From Tubiluchus corallicola (lineage: Eukaryota > Animalia > Priapulida): a stretch of 64,000 nt of DNA. How positions within the stretch are numbered: the first letter of the stretch is position 1; each line of letters starts with the position of its first letter. Positions 1 through 36,317 of this stretch are shown here, piece after piece. Both the position numbers and the translations under genes were made by a program. The stretch is from the NCBI GenBank assembly GCA_030141605.1, contig JAQGDQ010000948.1, positions 1 through 64,000 of the forward strand, read 5' to 3'. The notes beneath the pieces are model-generated. The model searched no databases. It saw only the letters and a program-made list of their open reading frames with translations, and was not told the origin of the DNA.

Positions 1-111
1 CATTCTGGTTGAAAAGTTTGTGAAGGTGTAATAGTCATGGCATTCTGGTTGAAAAGTCTGTGAAGGTGTAATAGTCATGACATTCTGATTGAAAAGTTTG
101 TGAAGATGAAA
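1..111. repeat. 40-bp tandem repeat (end of an array running off the window start)
   Basis: CATTCTGGTTGAAAAGTTTGTGAAGGTGTAATAGTCATGG, about 3 copies. Confidence 0.8.
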
Positions 112-1518
112 TAGATGAACAAATACAGAAACTGCATACATAAGAATTACAGAAACAGATTGACTAATGGTACTAGAATCTTAACTGAAACATAGTTACT
201 AGATTGAAGTACATATATTTGCATTGCCATAATTATGAGAAAGTTCGTATACAAGACATAAAATAAAATTTGATAAAATAGAATAGAAAATTTGATTTAA
301 TTTAGAATGAAATAAAATAAAGAGTACGAGGTAAAGGCTTTAAAAATGTGGATACATCATTCCTAGTAAGCGTTGCGATTTCGCTCGTAATCTTTGCGCA
401 AAATTTAATGAGCAAACGCGCCGTCAGAGTTGCTGAAAAACAGTCGTTGAAAAATCAATTCGCTATTTATTGCGTCATTCATTATTAAATCAAAAGCAAC
501 CAACTTCGTAGCCATTTCCATTGAGAATTAGAGGAAACTTCCCTAACGGTTTGCATTTTCCCTTACCAGACTTGATTATGGTGTGCCGTCTAGTGCAATT
601 AGTCAACTTAAAAGTGGTAAATCTGTCTGAACCAGCTGCTGCTCACAGACTAATGTTGTTATACTGCGCCGACTGATTAGCTTGCAAAGTCTACAGGACT
701 GAAAGGTTCTGCAAATGGTTTCTTTTTCTTTTTCTTAATTTCATCTATTCCATTTCGCCGAGCACGAAAAGGTCCTGTGGAAAAATGCAGTAAAAAGCAA
801 ATACAAAATTCACTGCTGCTGTGTGCAGTACTTGACCATTACTTGAACTCTTTGAGAGTTTTATTGAACACGTCGTCAGGGTTCCCACGGTCAGGGAAAA
901 TCCGGGAAAATACAGGCTGTCCTGCAGAGTCATGGAGAAGTCAGGAGAGAAGATAATTTGGTAAAAAGTCAGGGTAATTGGAAAGGGTTGCAAAAATAAT
1001 CACCGTGAACCGATATTTTTCCAGACATATTTCTTAGTGATTCGTGTTCAAATAAAATTTTGCTATGGCAGGCTCCCAGTTTGATTTCTGGGAGTTTTAG
1101 TACAACATACTGAATATCTTACAGTAGCACTGTACTTCAATTTTCGTTTTCGCAAAAACGTGCAACACACTCGTAGAGTATTTTTGGTGCTGTGTTAGTT
1201 TGTGATGTCATCAACAGTTGGGCTCGCCCGCCGTTAATTAAGATTTAAATCTACTATTTTACCATCAGAAACGCTTTTGCAGTATTAATTGTGTTAAAAT
1301 GTCACTTTTATCGGACTTGAAAATGAGGCAGTATATGAAAAATCCTTTAACCTTTATTTGTGAAGAATATTTTCTTGTGCTTAAAAATTGAAAGTCCAAT
1401 TCATCTCGTAATTTTTGTTTTTAGGAACAGTGAGACATGTACGAGAGGTGGCTGTCCGTGTTTCCGTTCTCTCCACATTTAGAATCTTGGAAGTGTGAAA
1501 TCCTAGTGTTGTTATACA

Positions 1519-24038
<22,520 letters not shown>

Positions 24039-24340
24039 GATTGAGAACGTTTTCCAACATGTGAATTGTCTTACTTTTTTGCCAAGAGATGGCGGTAAAA
24101 TGGCATGCAGTTCGTAAAATATTGCACCACGCGGTACAAAAATTTCGGAATAAGGAGAATTTGACGTTGTTTCTCTTTCCTGAGAGAGGATATGTTTGAT
24201 GTAATTGTTGATGCAATCTATTCATGGAAATTCCTTGCTGCATTTTGACATGCTTAGGCTGTTATCTGAATTTGTTGAGTACTTAATTTGCTTGTACTTA
24301 GGGACGCTAAAACAGGTAAAAAGAAATTGTACATCTGGGC

Positions 24341-24999
24341 TTAAAGGAAAATCGGACGATTGATTAGAATTTACTATACTTTACTATAATTTAAATATAC
24401 ATTTTCTTGCCTATAAAGTTAGCAATTGTTTCTAATATTTGAATAATTAACTTAGAAAGTTAATTAACGTCAACCGAACACAGCTGTTGCTTACGTCAGA
24501 AACTAGCCACAGTTTGTACAATGGCAGGCATCTTCCCTTGCGCGTCAAGCACGTTTGCGTGTTACTGCTTAAACGCGTGATGTCAGGAAAATGGGCCCTA
24601 CGTCATATGACGTCAGCAACTAACCACAGTTTGTACAATGGTAGGTATCTTCCCGTGCGCATCAAACATGTTTGCCTGTTACTGCTTAAATGCGTGATGT
24701 CACGAAAAAGGGCGCTACGTCACATGACGTCAGAAACTAACACTGCAGTTTATGATCGTGGTTATCACGGTACCACCTTCTATTTGCCGGTGCCGCACAT
24801 GTGACAAAAAGGCGCCGTTGCCAATCTTAGTAGATTCACTGAGCCGCGCGTAGCTTTGAAAGTTTAACAAAACTCGAGTATCCGAGGTAATTATTATTTA
24901 ATCTAAGCTTTGATTTAAAATAAGCTATTGTAGTTTTCAATATTTTAGAGCATTCTTATTCTGAACTCGTGTTCACACAATCATCCGGTTTTCCTTTAA
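24341..24999. mobile_element. TTAA-flanked Kolobok-like MITE, family B (with internal duplication)
   Basis: Same TIRs as 21065-21594, with an internal ~120-bp tandem duplication. Another left end occurs at ~59729. Confidence 0.72.
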
Positions 25000-25269
25000 C
25001 AAACATGTCGAGCAGCACTCTTACTCGCAAACTCTCTAATTCTACGTCCCAAATATTTGAAGGACCCCTGAGCCTCAGTTCTGGTAAAAGGTGTTCAGAT
25101 TTGATTTTCTTTTCCCTTGACAGGTCTACAGCTGCTGCCATCTGTCGTCAAATAATTATACTATTAAATTTTCATAGTATTTTACACCTAAGGATGGGTA
25201 GTCACCACACAAATAAATGAGTAGTACTACTTGTACACCTGTACAGGAACCATCTAATCAAAAGTACCT

Positions 25270-25508
25270 TAGAACTCTACTTGACAGGTCTACAGCTGCC
25301 GCCATCTGTCGTCAAATAATTATACTATTAAATTTTCATACTATTTTGCACATAAAGATGGGTAGTCACCACACAAATAAATGAGTAGTACTGGAACCAT
25401 CTAATCAAAAGTTTGTGTTATGTATACCTTGCCTACTACGAAAGATTTCATAGTATAATTATTTCATGACAGATGGCGCCAGCTGTAGACCTGGCAAGTA
25501 CAGTTCTA
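25270..25508. mobile_element. Small MITE / inverted repeat
   Basis: TAGAACTCTACTTGACAGGTCTACAGCTGCCGCCATCTGTC...TATACTA pairs with TAGTATAATTATTTCATGACAGATGGCGCCAGCTGTAGACCTGGCAAGTACAGTTCTA. The left arm is also duplicated at ~25116-25265. Confidence 0.55.
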
Positions 25509-25658
25509 ATGTTCTTAGACTGAGAATTTTTCTCATTTTGCTTTCGTTAAAACTGTGCGATTGTTGATTTCAATGGACTCTACGGCTATGAAACAGACTA
25601 CAGAGTTATAAATTTTGTTTCTCGCGAATACAATGGATTCGTCATCCATTGATAATCA

Positions 25659-26351
25659 TTAAAGCACAAGAAAACCCTTCATAAACATAAAGCTTAAAAA
25701 ATTCGTTTTGAAATTTTATATCACTTACATACTGCCTTTTTGCACGTAGGGCTTCAATCAGCAGTCACTTTGTATAAAACATATAAATTTAAACTCCCGC
25801 GATGACCGTTGCATGCAGCCATTTTCACGACGGGTCATTTGAAACAAGTTTAGATAACATTTTGTAAAGTTTTAAAAATATAATAAGAGCATTCGTAGCG
25901 CACGAGTCACTAACTAAATAAAATTTAAAATTACTGTATCTTGTCAATAAGATTAAAAATACGTTTTTTGGTCAGTGAGTGGCGCACCCTGTAGGGTGAG
26001 TCAGCGACATTTTACCAATTGTTGAAAACATTTTAAATAATTAATAATTTTCTTTTCTAGTTACATAAGTCTTTCTAGTAGGCAAGCGAAAATCTAAGTA
26101 ATATAGATTTGCACGGAAAGTCTTTTGAGACATAATTTAACATTGCTTTTTCTTCCCTTGATTTACGTTTGGTACATGACGTCATATAATGGCTCGGTCG
26201 GTACAGTATTGCGGGAGATTTAAAATGAAAACAAACAAAAAATTCCTTTCACCGCGAGTACGATATACGCATAAAATTGCTATAAAGTAATATAATTTTT
26301 AAGGCGATTTTTCTGAAACCAACTTCAGGTATCCCTTTTCTTGTCCTTTAA
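25659..26351. mobile_element. TTAA-flanked Kolobok-like MITE, family A (full copy)
   Basis: TTAA|AGCACAAGAAAA ... TTTTCTTGTCCT|TTAA. Colinear with 15421-16101. Confidence 0.72.
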
Positions 26352-27369
26352 CTAAACAACTTAATTATGCCTGATACTTTTGCTATCTTCTAGTACTCAG
26401 GTAACCATGTTACCTTGTCACCCAGGTAATTGGGTAATGTCGAATTTAATTACAAGTTTCCGGTCAGTGATTGGCTAAGGTTATTGGGCCTATTTTTCCG
26501 TGATGTTGTAAATTTGTGCACTACTTTATGCATGTATGTTATGTATACTGTTTTATACCCTTATACACGATTTCTCACCACACCACTGTATATACATGTT
26601 CCATTATTTAATATACATATATGTACATTATATAATTATATATTTAAGTGAGTTAAATTTGTGAAACATTTGCTATCAATATTTATAAGTGTCAGTCTGT
26701 GATTCTCCGTTTTATGTAAAGATCATGCTGTTTGTAATAGTGTCGTCACGTCCCGACCGATGGCGCCACAAGCAAGTTGGTAAAATGAGAATTATTATAT
26801 ACATGTTTGTATAAGTATTGTTCACGTTTTCCCTAATAGATTATCAACAAGCGTTATAAAAATGTTGCGTTTTGCCTTACTATTTCTTTTGCAGGTTTAC
26901 AATTCATCCTGAGGGAAGACAGGATGATTTTCCATATGCTATCCCATTTCAAGTTCATTAAAAAGCATAAATTTTAACACATTTAACACAGCATAAGCGT
27001 TTCTGATAATTAAATAATAGATATTTATTAAAGGCTGGCGAGCCTAACTAGTGATGACATCACAAACTAACACAATTTTCAACGGGAAAAATATTCCACG
27101 AGCGTGTTGCACGTGTTTGCGAAAGTGAAAATTGAAGTACATTGCTACTGTAAGAGATTCAGTGTGCTGTACTAAATTTAGGCAATTTTTAAGATAAAAA
27201 TTCAAATTTCAAATTTACCGCTATGCTCACGCATGAGCTGTCGAACGTGTGCAGTTCATCACAAACAAACACATCTGAACTGAGAAGTACAGCACGTTTT
27301 TTTCTATAATGCGTTTCCCAAATGCAGACGCTTACTTACACACGACCTGTCGATCATGTGCGGTTCTGA

Positions 27370-27401
<32 letters not shown>

Positions 27402-27607
27402 ATATATATTGCAATGACGGCATTATATATATATATATAACTGGCATGTAACTTACGTGCTGGACTCCGAACAAGAGAAATTTCTTTATTTGCTCTTACC
27501 ACAACTACAGTAGTCAAAGGTTTAATACACTTGTAAATACGTACGTGTTTGAGCTTAGGACTTTGTGCCTTAGTCTGTGATACCGGGGATCTCTAGCAGC
27601 TTACACC

Positions 27608-27865
27608 ATGAATCAAAGCGAAGTTGAGAAATTGCTGCCAAAATTTATTGAGAAATATGAAGACATTTGTCTGCCAAGATTCATGGTTCCGTTCATGCCG
27701 TCCGTGAGGAACTTGGAAGTGCGAGATGATGACATTTTTATCTTGACGTACCCAAAATGTGGTAAGATGTAGAAGTAGTGGAATTAAAATACTGGTTTGG
27801 ATGGAGAGAGAGAGAGATAGAGAGAGAAAGAGAGAGAGAGAGACAGAGAGAGGGGGGAGGGAGGC

Positions 27866-27946
<81 letters not shown>

Positions 27947-27995
27947 AGGCAGGGAGAGAGAGAGAGAGAGAGACAGAGAGAGAGAGAGAAAGAGG

Positions 27996-28029
<34 letters not shown>

Positions 28030-28054
28030 AACAGACACCGAGAGAAAGAGAGAC

Positions 28055-28134
<80 letters not shown>

Positions 28135-28228
28135 CGAGAGAGACAGAGGGAAAGATTGAGAAAGAGAGAGAGGACGAGGGAGTGAGAGAGAAAGAGAGAA
28201 AGTGAGAGAGGATGAGGGAGAGAGAGAG

Positions 28229-28292
<64 letters not shown>

Positions 28293-28908
28293 GAGAGACA
28301 AAGAGAGAGAGAGATAGAGAGAGCCATTGAACGCAAAGAAACATCCTGTTTTTGTTCCAGGAACGACATGGATGCAAGCTGTGGTCTGGCTAATCATGAA
28401 TGAAGTGGACACGACCTGGAATGGACAACAATTAATAGATCTTGTTCCTATGATAGAACAACCATTTAGACCTACTGAGGAAATTATGTTGGGTGATGCT
28501 GCTGTTAACGTCGACTGGGAGACGAAATCATCTCCTAGGATTTTTAAAACCCACATTCCTCTTCACCTGTTGAGTTCAGACATCACGGAGGGAAGGAGGC
28601 GTCCCAAGGTACCAGCATTCAGTATTAAAAGACAACAATCGTGAAATTGACAAAAAATGACAGTTTAACAGCAAACTAAAAAGGCAAAGTTACACAGCTA
28701 TGATTATGACGACAATGAAGATGATGGCGATACGTTGATAATGATGATGACATCGATGGAGACAACAATCATAAAGGTTATGATCTCAATGATATTGTTG
28801 CATAAATAATTACAAAGGTGACGGTGGTAACAGCAGCATCAGAAAATGATGATGGAACTAAAAATTGGTCTAATGATGATATCAGTAATAGTACTGTTTA
28901 TGATGATA

Positions 28909-28942
<34 letters not shown>

Positions 28943-28961
28943 CGATGACGATGACGATGAC

Positions 28962-29012
<51 letters not shown>

Positions 29013-32000
29013 GATGATGATGATGATAACGAGGCTTAAAATACAATTATGACAATTTATAACAAGACGGCAGCATGAATGAATGTTGATGATCATGATG
29101 AAAATGACAATATTGATAAAGGTGATACCGATGATGATGGTGTTTTGTGATTTGTTAAGATGCTGCTCAAACGTTGCGATAGATCTAATCTCTTAGTTGA
29201 ACTGGTAAGCAGCAAACTAACTAGCAGAGTTGGGCGGATAGCGGATTGCGATCATGCGATCGCGGAATCCGCATAAATTGCGGATTACGGATAGTGAATG
29301 CGGATGCGGATTTTTAATTGCCTAAAATCGCTGATTTTACCCGAAATTGGAGCACGCAAAATCCACTTATGTAAAGTAAATTGTTTGCACAAAGAGTTTA
29401 CCCAGTTTCAGTTCTTTATTCCTTGGCAGTCACCCATCCAAGTACTCTACGTTGCTTAACTTCGGTGATCAGACGAGAACCGGTGTTTTCAACATGATAT
29501 GGGCGTAGTAATTACAATTTGCTTATAATTACATATATCACAATTGTTTGCTCGAGCCTATTGTGGTTTGTGGTGTGGTGTGATGGGTATGATATGATTG
29601 AGTGACGTACTATGTGTGGTGTGGTGTGATGGGTATGGTATGATTGAGTGATGTACTACGTACAATGTACTTCATGCTGTGTAAATTGTTGTTGAAGGTT
29701 TACAAGTAAAATTGGGGTCTGGCTAGTAATTTATTACTGCTTCGCGATTGTAACTCCTGGCTTTATGCAAAAAATTGTTATAGGGTACACGTAGCAAGCC
29801 TAGTTGTTGCCTACATATTTGCGGAACATGCGGTTACGCGATCCTCATTTTTCACTCAATCCGCGGAATTTGCTGATGCGGAATGTACAATTGCGGATTT
29901 TGCAAATGCGGATTTTTAATTGCGGATTTCGCGGTTGCGGATAATCGAGAAAGTGATAACCGCCCGTCTTTGCTAACTAACTATACCCAGATTTAACCTA
30001 TTTAACAGATAATCTACGTGACGCGGAACCCGAAGGACACGTTGGCTTCCTTCTACTACTTTGAAACGGGTTTTAACCTGCCGCCTCCGTTTACAGACAC
30101 AAAGCCGTCAACGTTTGAAGAGTTTTTCCAACGTTTCATGACTGGAGCATGTACGTACGTAATGCCACGTTTGAACAGGCCTTTAGAAGTGGTACATGAT
30201 AACTAGTTCAAGAACGTAATGGCACACACAGACAATAGTGGGTGCTTGGGTTATGGGATGTTTAATTACGTCTAAACGGATGAAACTATAATCACCAACT
30301 TAGCACAAAGATAGGTTACCCAAACACCACGTTGCTTGACCTGTGATACAAATTCTACTTCTCTCACGTGCTCCGGAGTAAAGGACAGCTGTGTTAAATA
30401 GTGATTTTGATTAAATTGGTGATTAAATTATTAAATTAATAATTCAAGATTAAATGCTTGACAATGCAAGATTAAACTATCGTCGTGGATAGAAGCCTAG
30501 TTAGGTGTGGCATCACGTGATCAGCTGATGTTCGACCGGCTGACTCAGATGTAGAGATTGATGATGTAATCCTTATGCGCAGAAGCTCACGGCGCATTAG
30601 GTAGTTAGACAAAAGTGTTTTGAGCCCCGCACCTCGAGAGAGATTAGGAACTGACTTGAAGACGGAGGGCTGGCATTACTATCCTCTTATATTTACCGTG
30701 TTGTGGTTGTTGTTTAATAAATGTGTAGTTTATTAAATAAAGTCTTGATAGTTTGCCATGCCCATCGTGGCTACCTCACACGCCACACAATAAACAACAA
30801 TAATCAGCAAGCAGCATTAACCAGAAGAATAAATGGACTTTGACCAATTATTTTACTGCTAACGTGACCAGGATTCGAACCTGGGTTATTGCGGCCCCAC
30901 AGTATAAAGAAGAATAAAGAAAAAGACTTATCATATGAATATTATCGATAATAATGAGTGAAAATAGAGGGTGTTGCAGTAGCACAGTACCTATACACGA
31001 GCCGCCACTGCTTACAAGTGAAAATGAAGTCTGGTCTGAATGTCCTCTCCTTTTCTTTTAAATCAACGTGGTTCACCTTAGTTAAAAACAAAAATTAATT
31101 ATGTTTTTAAAAAAATTATTCGATAGAAAAGCTTAAAAGTGCATCCTGGCTTAGAATAAAGACCCACAAGGGGTACAATATGATTTAGTACAAGTTAAAT
31201 AATGATTCGCCTTTTGTTGATACAAAAATGCCATTAATTTTTTTTACGTAAACTTTTGCCAATAATAAGCTTAAAGATTTTTTTACTTTTAGATTTGACG
31301 ATTTGTCAATTATTAATACGAATAATTATAGCAATTTCCCTAAGCAGAAAAATAAATCCAAATTGTATTTTTGCTCTTTTGTTTTTTTTTTGTAAAAGAA
31401 TGCATGTTTTATAAACAAAGATATACCCGTCAATTATAGTAAGTTTAAATAAAAAGATTAGCTTAACAAAAAAAAACTTAAAATAAAGGTTAAAAATTTG
31501 TCATAACATGGATACGGATATTGGACAGAAGAAAACCATTTTAATTACTCTAAATTTAAATTCATGTTGTATTGTCATCATACTTTTTTGAGTTTTGGAT
31601 AGTGCTGCCACCTTCAGGTGTTCTTGTTAAAATTGTTAAAGCTTTCTCTTTCCTGTTTAAATTTTCATTGGCTTCTACAGTCTTTATGAATGCATAATCT
31701 CTAAACCTATTTTCACACCTAAATGATTTCACTGTAGTTTTGGTCACTTGGTTTTCTGCTTTTCAACATGACACTACTTCACTGTTTATGTAGACATTTC
31801 AGAATAAATCTTAAAAGTAAATTTCAAGTTTTTTGTTTCTTCAAACTAGATATATAACTCAAAAATATGGATATATATATATAATGCTGTTTTTTAGGTC
31901 AGTTTGGTTGTTATTGGAAGCACAATAAAGAAGTATGGGAACATAGAGATTATGACAATGTTCACTTTATTCATTACGAAGCCATGCTGAAGGTATGACG

Positions 32001-32969
32001 TCATATTATCTCGTAAAATTTGTGTATCTTTTTGTTCGATAATGGACAGAAATGGTAGAGCAAACGATCTGTTTAGTAAGGGCACAAAAATTTTCTCATT
32101 AAGATATCTCATTAAGGTAATGGATAATACTAGCTGACAAGAAGTGCTGTCAAACAATGAGAATTCATCAATCACAGAAGAAAAAGAACAATGAACAATG
32201 AACAATGAACTGAACAATTTCACAATAGCATTTTTGATTGTTTATTTTCCCTCGATGATTTCGGGATTCTAATAATTACAGGATCCTGCGACGCACGTGA
32301 AGAAAATTGCAGAGTTTTTGGGCAAAAGTTTGACAGAAGATGAAATCGCAACCGTCGTAAACGAGACGAGTTTTAAGTCAATGTCACAGAACGACAGGCT
32401 GTGCTATGAACACGTTCGCAAGGAGAACAGGCTTCAAGGTGCCACACCTTTCTTTAGAAAAGGTAATTATTGTGCAAGCCATGGGCGTTGATGTGACAGA
32501 AAAGTCATAGTCAATGCAAAAGTTTTTATGGAAAGAGAACGAGAGAGAAGGGGAAGGAAAGAGAGAGAAAGAAAGAAAGAGACAGAGAAAGAAAGAATGA
32601 GAGAGAGACAGACAGACGAACAGACAGACAGATAGACAGACAGACAGATGGCTGACGGTTGAACAGACACACAAACAGACGGACAGACAGGCGGATAGAG
32701 AGACAAACAGACGGACGGACAGACAACAGACGGGGTGATAGACGGACAGAGAGACAGACAGACTGACGGACGGACAGACACACAGACAGAGAGGGAGGCA
32801 CACAGACAGAGTTGGGTGACATTGAACTGATTACTTTTTCATTTTTGTTGTTTCAGGGATGGTGGGAGATTGGAAAAACCATTTGACAGTTGCAATGAGT
32901 AGAAAAATAGACGAATTTAACGAAGAATATTTCAGAGATACTGGACTGATCCATGACTATGGAGATTAA
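27608..32969 (+). CDS. Cytosolic sulfotransferase (SULT1-like), 6 exons, ~310 aa
   Basis: Exons 27608-27761, 28361-28608, 30009-30150, 31898-31992, 32282-32462 and 32857-32969 (GT-AG, phases 1,0,1,0,1; 933 nt). Motifs: 5'-PSB loop TYPKCGTTW, catalytic His in IFKTH, 3'-PB YVTRNPKDTLASFY, HYEAMLKDP, and FFRKGMVGDWKNHLTVA (RKG..GDWK and a KxxxTV dimerisation-like motif). Confidence 0.95.
27803..28322. repeat. (GA)n-rich tract filling SULT intron 1
   Basis: Directly visible. Confidence 0.92.
29225..29972. mobile_element. hAT-like non-autonomous element in SULT intron 2 carrying a 5S rRNA fragment
   Basis: TIRs CAGAGTTGGGCGGATA / TAACCGCCCGTCTTTG, 8-bp TSD-like flanks CTAACTAG / CTAACTAA, and subterminal GCGGAT repeats at both ends. 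Confidence 0.65.
29417..29508 (-). pseudogene. 5S rRNA pseudogene / 5S-derived fragment
   Basis: The reverse complement CTACGCCCATATCATGTTGAAAACACCGGTTCTCGTCTGATCACCGAAGTTAAGCAACGT-AGAGTACTTGGATGGGTGACTGCCAAGGAATA matches metazoan 5S rRNA, with an internal deletion and a truncated 3' end. Confidence 0.85.
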
Positions 32970-33199
32970 CTACAGAACATAATCATAGGTCTAAAAGAAT
33001 GAATATAATTGTATTTTTTATTATACCAATAATTGTAAGCGTTTTTATATGTTACTGAAATCCAGTTTTCCCCAAACTAGCATACTAATTCTCGCGTTTA
33101 TAAAAAATCTACCAAAAATTATATATTAACCAATATGTTAATAATACTAGCATCCTGTAAGACATTAACATTTCAAGAAACCCGTAAAACATTAGCAAA

Positions 33200-33970
33200 C
33201 CGGGCATCCAGTGACACATTAATAATAATTCACCATCCAGTAAGACATTAATAATTCTAGCATCCAGTAAGACATTATTAATTCTAGCATCCAGTAAGAC
33301 ATTAAGAACTCTAGTGACCAGTGAGACATTATTAATTCTAGCATCCAGTAAGACATTAAGAACTCTAGTGACCAGTGAGACATTATTAATTCTAGCATCC
33401 AGTAAGACATTAAGAACTCTAGTGACCAGTGAGACATTATTAATTCTAGCATCCAGTAAGACATTAAGAACTCTAGTGACCAGTGAGACATTATTAATTC
33501 TAGCATCCAGTAAGACATTAAGAACTCTAGTGACCAGTGAGACATTAATAATTCTAGCATCCAGTAAGACATTAATAATTCCACCATCTAGTAAGACATT
33601 AATAATTCTAGCATCCAGTTAGAAATTAACAATTCTAGCATCCAGTAAGACATTAATAAATCTAGCATCCAGTAAGACATTAATAATTCCACCATCTAGT
33701 AAGACGTTAATAATTCCACCATCTAGTAAGACCTTAATAATTCCACCATCTAGTAAGACCTTAATAATTCCACCATCCAGTAAGACGTTAATAATTCTAG
33801 GATCCAGTTAGACATTAACAATTCTAGCATCCAGTAAGACATTAATAAATCTAGCATCCAGTAAGACATTAATAATTCCACCATCCAGTAAGACCTTAAT
33901 AATTCCACCATCCAGTAAGACGTTAATAATTCTAGGATCCAGTAAGACATTAATAATTCTAGCATTCAGT
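33200..33970. repeat. 27-bp minisatellite with a 54-bp higher-order block
   Basis: CCAGTAAGACATTAATAATTCTAGCAT units. Between ~33290 and 33560 two variants alternate (…AAGAACTCTAGTGA / …ATTAATTCTAGCAT). Confidence 0.9.
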
Positions 33971-34736
33971 GAGGTGTATGTAATTATTTTTAAACATAAG
34001 TTTACAGGTTAACTGACTGTCACTAGTGAATACAGACACATTCACTGCTTTCTGCAACGTACTAATAATACATTATGTTTAATTTCAAACGTTGTAATCA
34101 CGTAGTTATGTCAGTTATTTTTCCACCTGAATATGCTCACAATAACTGAATAACCTGACATTAGCTAAAATTTACAGTCATCATGCAGAGACCAGATGCC
34201 TAGTAACACGTCAGATGTCTAGAAAAGATTGCCCACATTGCCCCAAGAAAATAATGGCCAACAAAGCTTATTACGTATTTCACTGATTTGCCTGAAGTCG
34301 CTAAAAATAATGAATATTAATTTAATAAATGGCATATCAGCAAAACATAAATCATTTGCACAGCTGCAGAGGCCGTGATTCTATCAAGTTCCACGGTGGC
34401 GAGAGACAAAATACTCTCATTATTACTAAGCTTTGCTTACTGGCGATGTATGAACCAATACAGCTGTTTGATGACAATCAGAAAGATGAGAATAGAGAAT
34501 ATTGTGATTGCAAACAAGATTTGGCCTTTCAGCTGTCATAGCGTATAGACTGATTGCAATAATTCTGTGTTATTCACTGCTGAAACCTATTGCATGGCTG
34601 TCTGTGGCTTAACTAACAATACCCAAGATTAGAGTTTACTTGTCATGTCATGTCTTGTCATGCCCTCACAGTGATAACAAAACATTGGGTGGTATTTCGT
34701 GTGATTGTCTGTAAGGGCTTTCTAGATGTTACTGTT

Positions 34737-34923
34737 GTGCCCTCTAGTGGTAACTACACGTAATATGTTCTGGTAAGCTTGAAAGAGATTCTAACACAAT
34801 CCATCGGCCATACAACCAGGTTATCAACAGACGACATGTTATCTAGAAGAACTCTTGAAAGCCGCAACATCAATGGGGAGCCTGAATCGATTTTCTAGAT
34901 GTTACTGATGTGCCCTCTAGTGG
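34737..34923 (-). promoter_or_regulatory. Two strong CTCF-like motifs (CCACTAGAGGGCAC) upstream of GRL V1
   Basis: gtgccctctagtgg at 34737-34750 and 34910-34923; the reverse complement fits the CTCF core consensus CCASYAGRKGGCRS. The two copies come from a 173-bp tandem duplication. Confidence 0.5.
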
Positions 34924-35008
34924 TAACTACATGTAATATGTTCTGGTAAGCTTGAAAGAGATTCTAACATAATCCATCGTCCATACAACCAGGTTATCAA
35001 CAGACGGC

Positions 35009-36217
35009 ATGTTGTCCAGAAGAACTCTTGAAAGCCGCGACATCAACGAGGAGTCTGAACCGATTCAAAGAAAGCAGAGAAAACGTGGCGTCTATGGTTT
35101 ACATGATTTCTGCGTGTCTAATGTCAAGGTTGCTCCGACGCCTGCTGTTTTGAACGAAATTCTGAATGACTCAAAAAACACCGAGTGTTACTGCCGACGA
35201 AAACGACGGTCTGAAAGAAATAGGGACAACGCCAAGTGCCCATCATTGTGTGGCCCGACAAACCGTTGGATAGATATGTGGGATGGGTTTGTCGTATTGG
35301 GAACAGCCTTAAAATTTGGCGGTATTTGGCCTTTTTCCTTACCAAGCCAGGAAAAGAGCAATAATATCATCGAAATGTTACATCTTTTATACACTTCTGT
35401 AGTCTTGGCGATGCTATGCTTTCAGACATTCAGTCTGCCTTACAACGCATTTCAATTTTCAGCTGAAAACGGTACCGGTACCACCACATACGTTTTGGTA
35501 AATTACATGGCTGAAGCCAGCTGGTACCTACAAGCTGTTATATTTGGAATGGTGATGATTTTTATTCGCAAGAAATTTCCTCGTTTGGTAAATGGATGGT
35601 CGGAGAAGCTTAACCGCGATGGAAGCGACAAAGACGTCGTCAGATTCATGCAGAAATCATCATTGTTGATACTTCTGTACGCATTGTTGATGCTTGTGCA
35701 AGCGATTTACGTCACAACCGAATTTACGTGGGAGAATTTCGCAATGTATGAAATTCCATTTTACACATTTGGTTTAGACGTTTATTCTTGGGACACCCCT
35801 TACAAGGAAATCGCAATGACGTGTTCCTATCTTACAGGGATCTGGGCGTACATTTTCATCGACTGGCCCCAGCTTGTTGTGTTTCTATGTTGCTTCGTGT
35901 TTATTGAGCAGCTCGAACGAGCGAACAGGAAAATTAAAAGCATTGCCGAAACAAAAGATGCAATCTTGATTGGTGAAAACATTGGCCACTTACGACTGGA
36001 GCATCAAAATATCTGCAGAAAGATAAGCGAATTTAGCGACCTGTTTGAAACCGTCACAACTTTGCGATACGCTTTTGACGTTTTTACAGTTCTGGTTGTT
36101 ATCTATATAGCCCTGATTGAAAGTCACAATCACACTTTGGCTAATTCTTTGGACATTGTGGAAACTGTTTCCTATTTCATTCTCTTCAGCTACGTTGGAT
36201 CACAACTGAATATTAAG
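35009..36217 (+). CDS. GRL (gustatory receptor-like 7TM ion channel) variable exon V1, 403 codons; most divergent member
   Basis: ATG 35009 to phase-0 donor AAG|GTTAGT at 36217/36218. N-terminal LKFGGIWPF motif, several hydrophobic segments, and an IGHLRLEHQNICRKI..FSD loop typical of GR/GRL proteins. Lacks TM7. Confidence 0.85.
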
Positions 36218-36317
36218 GTTAGTAAGTTATATTATCACTGTCAAATTTTCGTGGGTCAATGAATTAATTTTGGTTTTTTCTTGCGACAGTTTGTGCATAA
36301 AAATTACAGTAGCCATA

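Noticed and set aside
30390-30789. Possible solo LTR (TG...CA with AATAAA) in SULT intron 3
   Set aside because: No target-site duplication and no second copy in the window; boundaries ambiguous.
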